From Gemmatimonadota bacterium (GTDB lineage: Bacteria > Gemmatimonadota > Gemmatimonadetes > Gemmatimonadales > GWC2-71-9): a stretch of 44,700 nucleotides of DNA. The notes beneath the pieces are model-generated. The model saw only the letters and a program-made list of their open reading frames with translations, was not told the DNA's origin and searched no databases. Location: the NCBI GenBank assembly GCA_003220855.1, contig QHTP01000038.1:1-44700 (forward strand), in the 5' to 3' direction. Of the stretch, positions 33,448-41,363 are shown in pieces; position 1 is the stretch's first letter, and each line of letters starts with the position of its first letter. A program made the translations under genes and the position numbers.

Positions 33448-34802
33448 TACGCGAGCCTCGCCAGGCGATGCAGTTCGGCGGCGGCCCGATCGGCCTCGCG
33501 CACGATGTGGTCGACCGGCGCCGTCAGGAGCTCGTGTCCGAGCACGACCGGGCGTCCCTCGACGAACACGTCCCGGACGTCGCTTGCGCGGGCCGAGTAC
33601 ACGATGCGCGAGACCGGGTCGCCCAACAGCGGATGGAGGTGCGGCTCGGACAGGTCCAGCACCACCAGATCGGCCCGCCTCCCGGGTGCGATGCGGCCGA
33701 TCTCGTCCTCGAGCCCGAGGGCGCGGGCGCCACCCAGCGTCGCGAGCTCGAGCACCTGAGCGGCGGGGAGCGCGCCGGCGCCGAGGCGTGGCTTCTGGAT
33801 CAGGGCGGCGAGGCGCATTTCGGCGAAGGCATCGAGCCCGTTGTTGCAGGGGGCGCCATCGGCACCGATGGCCACGTGGCACCCGGCGGCGAGCATCTCG
33901 GGGATCTTCGCCACTCCGCTCGCGAGTTTCAAGTTCGAGGAGGGACAGTGCACCACCGTGGTTCCCTGACGAGCCAGGCGATCCATCTCGTGCGTGTCGA
34001 TCCAGACGCAGTGCGCGAGGGCTGCCCGTCGGCCCGCGATACCGACCGAGTCCAGGTAGGCGATCTCTTCGAGGCCCGTGGTCCGAAGCACCGTCTCGCG
34101 CTCCACGATCGTTTCCGCCGCGTGGGTGTGCAGCTGCGCGTCGAACCGCTCCGCCAGATCACTCGCCGCGCGGAGCAAGGGACCCGAGCAGCTCGGGACG
34201 AACCGGGGGGCGAAACAGACGCGTAGCCGGCCCTCGGCGGACCCATGCCAGCGCTGGGCCAGCGCCGCGGCGTCCGTCAGCGCGTCGTCAGTCGACTCGG
34301 CGAGGTCGCTCGGCGCGCCCTCGGGGTGCACGTCCATCAGGCACTTGCCGACCGTCGCGCGGATGCCGATCCGCTCCAGCGCGCGGAACGCCGCCCCCGT
34401 GTGGCGTACCGTCTCCATGTCGAGGATCGCCGTGGTGCCGCCGAGCAGCAGCTCCGCGGCGCCGAGCAGGGCGGAGGCATACACCGTTTCTTCCGTGTGT
34501 GCGGCCTCGAGCGGCCAGATGCGGCGCACCAACCAGTCCTCGAGCGGCAGGTCGTCGGCGAGCCCGCGGAACAACGTCTGGCAGAGATGCACGTGGGCCT
34601 GGATGAGACCGGGCATGACGAGGCAGCCGCGACAATCACGGACCTGGGCCTCGGGGCGGAGCCCTTTCCCCTTTTCCGCTTCGCCATTCCCCTTCCCGAC
34701 CTGCACGATGCGTCCCTCGCGGACCGTCACGTCCGCCCGCATCACGCGCCAGGTGCCGTCGTGCAGCAGCACCTCGCCGCCGGCGAGCCGCAAGTCGGGC
34801 AT
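33447..34802 (-). CDS. amidohydrolase, MtaD/ATZ-TRZ family (5-methylthioadenosine/S-adenosylhomocysteine deaminase-like)
   Basis: Contains PGLIQAHVHLCQTLFRGLADDLPLEDWL..IWPLE, HTHAAE, HCV, and VAIGADGAPCNN (metal-ligand Asp region). Confidence 0.82.
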   Translation of the reverse strand: MPDLRLAGGEVLLHDGTWRVMRADVTVREGRIVQVGKGNGEAEKGKGLRPEAQVRDCRGCLVMPGLIQAHVHLCQTLFRGLADDLPLEDWLVRRIWPLEAAHTEETVYASALLGAAELLLGGTTAILDMETVRHTGAAFRALERIGIRATVGKCLMDVHPEGAPSDLAESTDDALTDAAALAQRWHGSAEGRLRVCFAPRFVPSCSGPLLRAASDLAERFDAQLHTHAAETIVERETVLRTTGLEEIAYLDSVGIAGRRAALAHCVWIDTHEMDRLARQGTTVVHCPSSNLKLASGVAKIPEMLAAGCHVAIGADGAPCNNGLDAFAEMRLAALIQKPRLGAGALPAAQVLELATLGGARALGLEDEIGRIAPGRRADLVVLDLSEPHLHPLLGDPVSRIVYSARASDVRDVFVEGRPVVLGHELLTAPVDHIVREADRAAAELHRLARLA

Positions 34803-34819
34803 GCGCCGCCCCGGGGCCT

Positions 34820-35338
34820 TCAGGTAGTGGCCCGCGGTGGAGCGCTGGTCGAGTCGTCGGGGAGGTCGAAGTAGGCGCGCAGCTCGTCCATCAGATCTCC
34901 GTCCTCGTACACGCCCGTCAGGATCCGCTCGGGGCCGCCCGGATCGATCAGGAGATAGCCGTAGGGATAGTCCAGGCCCGACAGGAGGATCGTGCGGCGC
35001 CTGGCGTTGGGGAGGGAGATATAGACCGTGTCGGCATTGGTGGCGACGAGCTGGATGCCGCTCGCCGCGAGGGCGGGCGCCACCTGCGCAGTGTAGTATT
35101 TCAGGTCGTCGAACGTGTCGGCCTGGTCATCCCCACTGAGCGTGTCCGCCGCGCGCAGCCAGAACAACACGACGCTCGGCGTCGTGATCACCCGCGGCAC
35201 GACGAGCGAGCGGTCCGTCGAGTCGTGGGGCACGAGCTGGGTGAGGTCCACCGAGTCGCTTTGCTGCGCCATTCTGGCGAGCGGCCGCGTTCGGCACGCG
35301 GCCACGCACACGAGCGCCACCAGCGCGCCGATTCGCAT
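34820..35338 (-). CDS. hypothetical lipoprotein
   Basis: MRIGALVALVCVAAC lipobox. 172 aa with good GC3. A TATATT box lies 7 nt upstream of the ATG. Confidence 0.6.
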   Translation of the reverse strand: MRIGALVALVCVAACRTRPLARMAQQSDSVDLTQLVPHDSTDRSLVVPRVITTPSVVLFWLRAADTLSGDDQADTFDDLKYYTAQVAPALAASGIQLVATNADTVYISLPNARRRTILLSGLDYPYGYLLIDPGGPERILTGVYEDGDLMDELRAYFDLPDDSTSAPPRATT

Positions 35339-35345
35339 GGATGGA

Positions 35346-35351
35346 AATATA
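35346..35351 (-). promoter_or_regulatory. -10-like TATATT box, 7 nt upstream of ATG 35338 (minus strand)
   Basis: The minus strand reads ggtggaaTATATTtccatccATG; compare TAGATTtccctcgATG at 6951. Confidence 0.35.
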
Positions 35352-35476
35352 TTCCACCGATTGGAGCAGCGGAGCGCAGGTGGCTGTCCAGTGCATGCCC
35401 TTGCGGGAGCGAGCGGTCGTGTTTCTCTTCACAGAGGCGTGAGGTCCACTACGACCACTTCCCGTGCGGAGCTGCC

Positions 35477-35740
35477 ATGAGCAGACGTCGCACCCGGCTC
35501 GTTCGCAGGCGGGGTATCAGTCGCATCGACCAACCATCCACCCGGACGTACGGCTGGTTCGTGCGGGCCGGCTTCGAAAAGCGGCCGGACGGCAGCTACG
35601 CGCCGCGGCACCGGAAGTTCTTCGGCGACGCGGGCTATGGCGGCAAGCGACGGGCGCTGCGGGCGGCGCAGGAGTACCTGGCCATCGTTCAGAGCGGGCG
35701 GCGCAAGGCGAGGGCGCGCAGGGTGCGTCACGCCGCCTGA
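35477..35740 (+). CDS. small basic protein, possibly AP2-like DNA-binding fold
   Basis: MSRRRTRLVRRRGISRIDQPSTRTYGWFVRAGFEKRPDGSYAPRHRKFFGDAGYGGKRRALRAAQEYL.. The G-[IV]-S, W-x-V/A-R, F-G...Y-GG and alpha-helix order recalls bacterial AP2 domains. GGAG lies 9 nt upstream. Confidence 0.4.
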   Translation: MSRRRTRLVRRRGISRIDQPSTRTYGWFVRAGFEKRPDGSYAPRHRKFFGDAGYGGKRRALRAAQEYLAIVQSGRRKARARRVRHAA

Positions 35741-35812
35741 CCCCCGAAGGGCTTGCTCCTTGCCGCGTCCTGCTTGCGCCCGTGGCAATTGCGCCCGCAG
35801 TCCAGGAGCTCC

Positions 35813-35884
35813 ATGACTGATACGTCGACGGAGTTCGAGGTGCGCGATCCGAATGGCTATGTTCTCGTATTCGGTGGGGCGTAG
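35813..35884 (+). pseudogene. possible remnant of the C-terminus of a VOC/glyoxalase-family gene
   Basis: The 23-codon ORF MTDTSTEFEVRDPNGYVLVFGGA* matches the typical last beta-strands of VOC proteins (F.v.DPdG..i.f). No VOC-like sequence lies upstream in any frame. Confidence 0.3.
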
Positions 35885-35887
35885 CCT

Positions 35888-36172
35888 GTGTTCCTGACCG
35901 GTCTCTTCATCGTCATTCTTGCAGGAATCGCCGCGGGCACCATCGCTGAGATCGCGAAGGCGATGGCGCGGCGCGGATCGTCAGCGGCAGAGCTCACAGC
36001 ACTCAAGCAGCAACTGGAGCACACCGCGGCGTCGCTGGAGGATGCCCAAGCCACCCTGGCGAGCCAGAACGCGCAGCTCGCAGAGCTGCAGGAGCGCATG
36101 GACTTTGCCGAGCGTCTGTTGGCCCAAGGCCGCGATCGGTCCGCACTCGGGGCAGGACTGAAGCGCGAATGA
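35888..36172 (+). CDS. small membrane protein, paralogue of 15556..15825 (TM + coiled coil ending in the ELQERMDFAERLLA motif)
   Basis: GTG start, 94 aa. TM LTGLFIVILAGIAAGTIA, then ...NAQLAELQERMDFAERLLAQGRD. Confidence 0.6.
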   Translation: MFLTGLFIVILAGIAAGTIAEIAKAMARRGSSAAELTALKQQLEHTAASLEDAQATLASQNAQLAELQERMDFAERLLAQGRDRSALGAGLKRE

Positions 36173-36206
36173 TGCGTCGACCGACGCGATAGATCGCCTC
36201 CCCTCT

Positions 36207-37058
36207 TCACCTACCCGACGCGTTGTTGTCTCTGTCCCCCAACCACAATAGAGCATCGATGATCAGCCGATCCTGAATCGGATTGTTCAGGGTGTTTGAC
36301 AACGTCCGGTTGGTGGCGCCGTACTTGTGCTCATAGTCGATGTCGTTGTGGCCCATGTTCAGATAGATCATCCTGTACTTCTTGTTCGACCACACCACGG
36401 GATAGTAGCCACTGTGCCAGATCTCGTGCGGCTTGGGGCCGGTGCCCAGCGGAAAGCTCGACGAGTCTATCGAAAGCAGAATGTCGATATCGGGATTCTG
36501 TCTCAGATCGTTTTCCCATCGGTACCACTCACTGGGCGAGGACGTGAACGTCTCAGGCAGGTGGTACGTCGCCGGATGCCGGCGGTCTTCGACACGGAGA
36601 ATGGCCGACGTCGGTCTCCACGTGTTACTCACGTACGATCCTGACCCGAGAAATATCTTGTGATACCAGTCCCAGTTTGCCGGATACGCCGAAGGTGTCA
36701 AAGCAAAACCAGCAAAATGAAAGCCCATCCAGGCTCCGCCATGCTCCATGTACGCCTGAAACGCAGCTCGTTGTGCAGGGTCTTCAGGACGGGTATCCAG
36801 AAAAACCACGACCTGATACTGAGCGAGAAAGTCCGGATTCAGATTGTGCCAATCCGACGTGGCGTCATAGCTGAAATGGTATTTCGCCGCCGTCTCCGGA
36901 AACCAGCGCTCGGCCTCATGCAAGAAGCTGATGTGTGCCGGATCTTCTTTGCCCGTGTAGAACGCGATCACGCTAAACGCCGGCTTGCCCCTACCGGCGG
37001 TCAGACCTGCACAACAATAAACCAGCGCACCTATCCTCAAGGTCTTGAGGGCAGTCAT
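36207..37058 (-). CDS. ThuA domain-containing protein (secreted)
   Basis: Starts MTALKTLRIGALVYCCAGLTAG. Contains VIAFYTGKEDPAHISF..., QYQVVVFLDT, GGAWMGFHFAG, HPAT and MGHND. Markedly lower GC (sampled lines ~47-53%). Confidence 0.7.
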   Translation of the reverse strand: MTALKTLRIGALVYCCAGLTAGRGKPAFSVIAFYTGKEDPAHISFLHEAERWFPETAAKYHFSYDATSDWHNLNPDFLAQYQVVVFLDTRPEDPAQRAAFQAYMEHGGAWMGFHFAGFALTPSAYPANWDWYHKIFLGSGSYVSNTWRPTSAILRVEDRRHPATYHLPETFTSSPSEWYRWENDLRQNPDIDILLSIDSSSFPLGTGPKPHEIWHSGYYPVVWSNKKYRMIYLNMGHNDIDYEHKYGATNRTLSNTLNNPIQDRLIIDALLWLGDRDNNASGR

Positions 37059-37074
37059 GGGAGCCCCGACACCT

Positions 37075-39201
37075 CTAGCGGTCCGCCTTGACGTCGTTCG
37101 GCACACCGAGCTGCTGCCAGAGATAGACGTAGCTCAGGGCGTATTCCTTCGCCACTTGGGCATTGGTGACGCCCGCCCCGTGTCCGCCCTCCGTGTTCTC
37201 GAAGTAGTAGAACGGAACGTTCATCGATTCCATCTTCGCCGCCATCTTGCGCGCGTGAGCGGGATGGACGCGGTCGTCGCGCGTGGTCGTCGTGAACATG
37301 ACCGTCGGGTATTTCGTGGCTGACTTCAGGTTCTGGTACGGCGAGTACCTCGAGATGTAGCCCCACTCTTCGGGCTTATCCGGGTCGCCGTACTCTGCCA
37401 TCCAGCTGGCGCCCGCGAGCAGATGGCTGTAGCGCTTCATATCCAACAGCGGGTTCTGGATCAGCACGGCGTTATACAGCTCGGGATGCTGGGTGAGCGC
37501 GACGCCCATCAACAGTCCACCGTTGCTGCCGCCGCGAATTCCCAGGTGTTGCGGACTTGTAATGCCCTGCTTGATCAGCTCCTGGGCGACCGCCGTGAAA
37601 TCGTCGTAAATGCGCTGCCGATGCTCTTTCAAGCCGGCGCGGTGCCACGCCGGCCCGAATTCCCCTCCGCCGCGAATGTTGGCGAGCACGAAGACGCCAC
37701 CGCGCTCCAGCCACACCGCCCCCGTGTGGCTGCTGTAGTACGGAGTGTTCGAGATCTCGAATCCGCCGTACGCGCCCAGCAAGGTTGGATTGCTGCCGTC
37801 GTGCGCCATGCGCTCACGATGGACGACGAAAAAGGGAATTCTCGTGCCGTCCTGCGACGTGGCGTCCATCTGTTCGACGACAAGCCCCTTTGCATCAAAC
37901 ATCGCCGGAAGCCGCTTGATCTCCGAGACGGAGCCATTCTCAGCGGTGGCGTACAGCGTCGTCGGCTGGATAAAGTTGGTGAAGGTGAGAAAGTAGCGAT
38001 TCGATCGCGGCGAGCGGGCGACGACCCCGACGGTGCCGAGATCGGGGGCGGGAACCTTCTCGAACGTCCAGACACCGCCCTGGTGGCGATAGCGGCGCAG
38101 CTCGCCGCGCACGTTGTTGAGAACGTTGATCACGAGGTAGTCTCGCGTCGACGAAATGGTGTTGATGGTCTCGCGTGGCCTCGGCTGCATCACCAGTTGG
38201 AGATCGCGCTTGCCGGCCATGAAGTCAGCGAACGACATCGCGACCAGTGATCCCGTCGGCCAGGTTTTGCCGCCGAGTGTCCACGGATCTCGCACGTACA
38301 CGATCATCTGATCGCCCACGAGGTATAGATCTGCGTCTTTGAGCACATCAATCTTTACGACGTTCCCCTTGTCGTACAGATACTGGGCGCTCTCATAAAA
38401 GTTGATCGCGTCGATGATCCGTAAATAGCGACGGTCCCCGGCATCCACGCTCACGCTGAACGCGCCCACATGGTCGGCTGGAGCCTCAAACACGGTGATC
38501 GCAGACGCGAGCGGGGTACCGCGCTTCCATAGCCTCACGATGCGCGGGTAGCCTGACGTCGTTACGGTGCCCGGCCCAAAATCGGTGCCGACGAACAGCG
38601 TGCCGTCATCCACCCAGGCGGTGCTGGTTTTTGCCTCGGGAATCTTGAATCCATTGCTGACAAATGTCCGGGTGTTCAGATCGAACTCGCGGGTTTCGGC
38701 TGCATCGGATCCACCCCGTGAGAGCGCGACAATACAGCGCCGGTATTCGGGCTCGAAACAATCGGCGCCGCCCCAGGACCACGTCACACCCTCAGCTTTG
38801 CTCAGCGAGTCCAGGTCGATCACGGTCTCCCATGTCGGATTCGCGGTCGCGAAGCTGGCCCAGGTCGTTCGCCGCCAGATACCACGCTCATGCTCCGCGT
38901 CCTGCCAGAAGTTGTAGAGCGAGTTCCCGATGATCTCGGGGTTGGCGATCTTGTCTTTGGAATCGAGGATCTGCTTGATCCGAGCGTAGAACGACTGGTA
39001 GAGCGGCGACCGAGTGAGCGCCGCGATCGTCGCCGCGTTGTGGGCATTGACCCACTCCATCGAGCGCTGGCCTTCGACGTCCTCGAGCCAGACGAAGGAG
39101 TCGGGCGATTGCTGGGGTGGTGACGACTGCTGCGCGGCAATCGGGGAGATCGCGAGCAGGGAGAGAAGTCCTACCGCCGCGCGACTTGTACGCTGGTTCA
39201 T
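37075..39201 (-). CDS. prolyl oligopeptidase family serine peptidase (S9A), secreted
   Basis: Signal MNQRTSRAAVGLLSLLAISPIAAQQ, N-terminal propeller region, catalytic GGSNGGLL, DDRVHPAHARKM and GGHG. AGGAG Shine-Dalgarno 10 nt upstream. GC ~58% in sampled lines. Confidence 0.9.
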   Translation of the reverse strand: MNQRTSRAAVGLLSLLAISPIAAQQSSPPQQSPDSFVWLEDVEGQRSMEWVNAHNAATIAALTRSPLYQSFYARIKQILDSKDKIANPEIIGNSLYNFWQDAEHERGIWRRTTWASFATANPTWETVIDLDSLSKAEGVTWSWGGADCFEPEYRRCIVALSRGGSDAAETREFDLNTRTFVSNGFKIPEAKTSTAWVDDGTLFVGTDFGPGTVTTSGYPRIVRLWKRGTPLASAITVFEAPADHVGAFSVSVDAGDRRYLRIIDAINFYESAQYLYDKGNVVKIDVLKDADLYLVGDQMIVYVRDPWTLGGKTWPTGSLVAMSFADFMAGKRDLQLVMQPRPRETINTISSTRDYLVINVLNNVRGELRRYRHQGGVWTFEKVPAPDLGTVGVVARSPRSNRYFLTFTNFIQPTTLYATAENGSVSEIKRLPAMFDAKGLVVEQMDATSQDGTRIPFFVVHRERMAHDGSNPTLLGAYGGFEISNTPYYSSHTGAVWLERGGVFVLANIRGGGEFGPAWHRAGLKEHRQRIYDDFTAVAQELIKQGITSPQHLGIRGGSNGGLLMGVALTQHPELYNAVLIQNPLLDMKRYSHLLAGASWMAEYGDPDKPEEWGYISRYSPYQNLKSATKYPTVMFTTTTRDDRVHPAHARKMAAKMESMNVPFYYFENTEGGHGAGVTNAQVAKEYALSYVYLWQQLGVPNDVKADR

Positions 39202-39246
39202 GCGTGCTCCTGGTGACAGCGTTCCGGATGGTGTGTTACGCCGCGA

Positions 39247-41268
39247 CTACCTCTTCCGCAAGATGGCCCTCGCCGGCGCCGCTTCGTGCCCTCGCACCTT
39301 GAGCGGGAGCACGATCAAATCGTAGTCACCGGCTTGCACCGGGCGCAGGTCCAGCCCCTCCACGATGGGAATCCCGCGCCCCAGCAGAATCTGGTGCGTC
39401 CTCGGCGCTGGAGCGCCGAATTGCTCCGCCGAGATGTAATCGACGCCGACCAGCACGACGCCGGCATCCGCCAGGAGCTGCGCCGCGTCGGGCGCGACGT
39501 AGGCGAAGTCCCGATGGAACGTCACCGAATCCATCCAGCCGCGCAGTGTGCTCCGCGTCCGGAACAGCACGCGCTTCGCGCCCCTCCAGGCGTGGCGGTT
39601 CAGCTCGCCAGAATCGATCGCCCGGACGCTGTCGGGGATATCGATGACCCGCGCGGTACCGATCAGCGGGTCCAGCGGCACCTGATCGATCGGTGCGCCA
39701 TTGGCGACGAAATGCATCGGGGCGTCAATGTGCGTCCCGCTGTGCGCGCCGAGGGAGTAGCCCGACAGCGTCAGGACATCGCCCTTTCGCATATCCTTGA
39801 GAAAATCGAACTTCATGGGCGCGTCGCCCGCGTAGACGGGAGTCGTCGCCGGGTCGAGCATCGCCGTCACATCGATCCACCCTCGAGCGCCCACGTCTCC
39901 CGTCCCCTGTTCGCGGGGAGCACACCCCACGACGAGGCTGAGCAACAGCGTGAAACCCAACCCCGCGACACCGATGATCGACTCGGCGACGGTCCACGTC
40001 TTCAGCGTCTGCTGGACGGTCATGTTGAAGAACTCCTTGATGAGCCAAAACCCCGAGTCATTCACGTGTGACAGCACCAGCGAGCCCGCGCCCGTCGCGA
40101 GCACCAACAGTTCGGTGTGCGAGCCCGGCGTCGTCAGCGCGATGGGAGCGACGATGCCGGCGCTCGTGGTCATCGCCACGGTCGCCGAGCCGGTGGCCAC
40201 ACGGATCAGTGCCGCCACGGTCCACGCGAGCAAGAGCGGCGAGGCGTGCGATCCCACTGCCACGCCGGCGATCGCTTTCCCCACGCCGCTCTCCAGGAGC
40301 ACCCTGTTGAAGCCGCCGCCGGCGCCGATTACCAGAAGAATGGCGGCGGTCGGCGCGAGGCAGTCGTTGGCGAACTTGAGGATCTGATCCCGCGTGAAGT
40401 GTTGCTGGTGTCCCAGCGACCAGAGGGAGAAGAGCAGCGCCACGAGCAGCGCGACGATCGGGCTACCGACGAAATCCACGCCCGAGCGGAGGGTGCTCGC
40501 CGCGTCGAGCGCGACGTCGGCCGCGCTCGCGCACACCATCAGAATCACGGGAAGCAGCACGGTGAAGAGCGAGATGCCGAAGCCAGGCATGGCGCGGGGA
40601 ACACCCCCCACGAACTGCGCGGCCAGCGGGTTCTCCTCGGGCAGCGCAATGCGGGGCGCAATCCAGGTGGCGAAGATCGGGCCGGCCAGCGCCGCCGTCG
40701 GCAGCCCGACCAGAAGGGCATAGGCGACCGTGCGCCCCACATCGGCCTGATAGGCGACGACCGCGAGCATCGCCGCCGGATGCGGCGGCACCATCCCGTG
40801 CACCACCGACAGCCCCGCCACCAGCGGGATGCCGATCTTGACGAGTGACATGCCGGTGCGCCGCGCAATCGTGAACACGAGTGGAATCAGCAGCACGAAG
40901 CCGACCTGAAAAAAGACCGGGATGCCCACGATGAACGCGACGACCATGACCGCCCAATGCACGCGTCGCTCGCCGAACAGCGTGATGAGGGTGGTCGCGA
41001 TGCGCGTCGCGCCGCCGGACTCCGCCATCATTTTGCCCAGCATGGTGCCGAGCGCCACCACGATCGCGATGAATCCCAAGACGCCGCCGACCCCGTCTTC
41101 GAATGCCTTCACGACACCGCTTAACGGCATTCCCGCCGCCGTCCCCAGGCCGAGGGAGACCGCGATCAACGCGATGAAGGGGTGCAGCTTGAAGCGCGCG
41201 ATCAACACGATCAGCGCCACTACCGCACCGAGCGCGTAGAGCAGCAGCAGCCGTGCGTTCGGGCTCAT
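39247..41268 (-). CDS. GntP-family permease fused to a C-terminal putative cyclase / arylformamidase (KynB-like) domain
   Basis: Residues 1-~448 are GntP-like (..GIPVFFQVGFVLLIPLVF.., ..VHGMVPPHPAA.., ..SHVNDSGFWLIKEFF..). From ~Cys449 (near nt 39922) a soluble domain carries the HSGTHIDAPMHF motif and ..GVDYISAE... One uninterrupted 673-codon ORF. Confidence 0.8.
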   Translation of the reverse strand: MSPNARLLLLYALGAVVALIVLIARFKLHPFIALIAVSLGLGTAAGMPLSGVVKAFEDGVGGVLGFIAIVVALGTMLGKMMAESGGATRIATTLITLFGERRVHWAVMVVAFIVGIPVFFQVGFVLLIPLVFTIARRTGMSLVKIGIPLVAGLSVVHGMVPPHPAAMLAVVAYQADVGRTVAYALLVGLPTAALAGPIFATWIAPRIALPEENPLAAQFVGGVPRAMPGFGISLFTVLLPVILMVCASAADVALDAASTLRSGVDFVGSPIVALLVALLFSLWSLGHQQHFTRDQILKFANDCLAPTAAILLVIGAGGGFNRVLLESGVGKAIAGVAVGSHASPLLLAWTVAALIRVATGSATVAMTTSAGIVAPIALTTPGSHTELLVLATGAGSLVLSHVNDSGFWLIKEFFNMTVQQTLKTWTVAESIIGVAGLGFTLLLSLVVGCAPREQGTGDVGARGWIDVTAMLDPATTPVYAGDAPMKFDFLKDMRKGDVLTLSGYSLGAHSGTHIDAPMHFVANGAPIDQVPLDPLIGTARVIDIPDSVRAIDSGELNRHAWRGAKRVLFRTRSTLRGWMDSVTFHRDFAYVAPDAAQLLADAGVVLVGVDYISAEQFGAPAPRTHQILLGRGIPIVEGLDLRPVQAGDYDLIVLPLKVRGHEAAPARAILRKR

Positions 41269-41363
41269 ATCGCCGCCCCAAGATGCTCACACTTTGAAGA
41301 AGAATCGAGGCACGACCGAACGCCGGCCTGGACATCGTGGCCCGTGGGGGTCTACTCTCTCGC

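Noticed and set aside
39900-39950. Lipobox-like LVVGC at the GntP/cyclase junction as evidence for two separate genes
   Set aside because: There is no stop codon, no in-frame start with a ribosome-binding site and no frame change at the junction. The ORF is continuous, so it is reported as a fusion, with read-level verification suggested.
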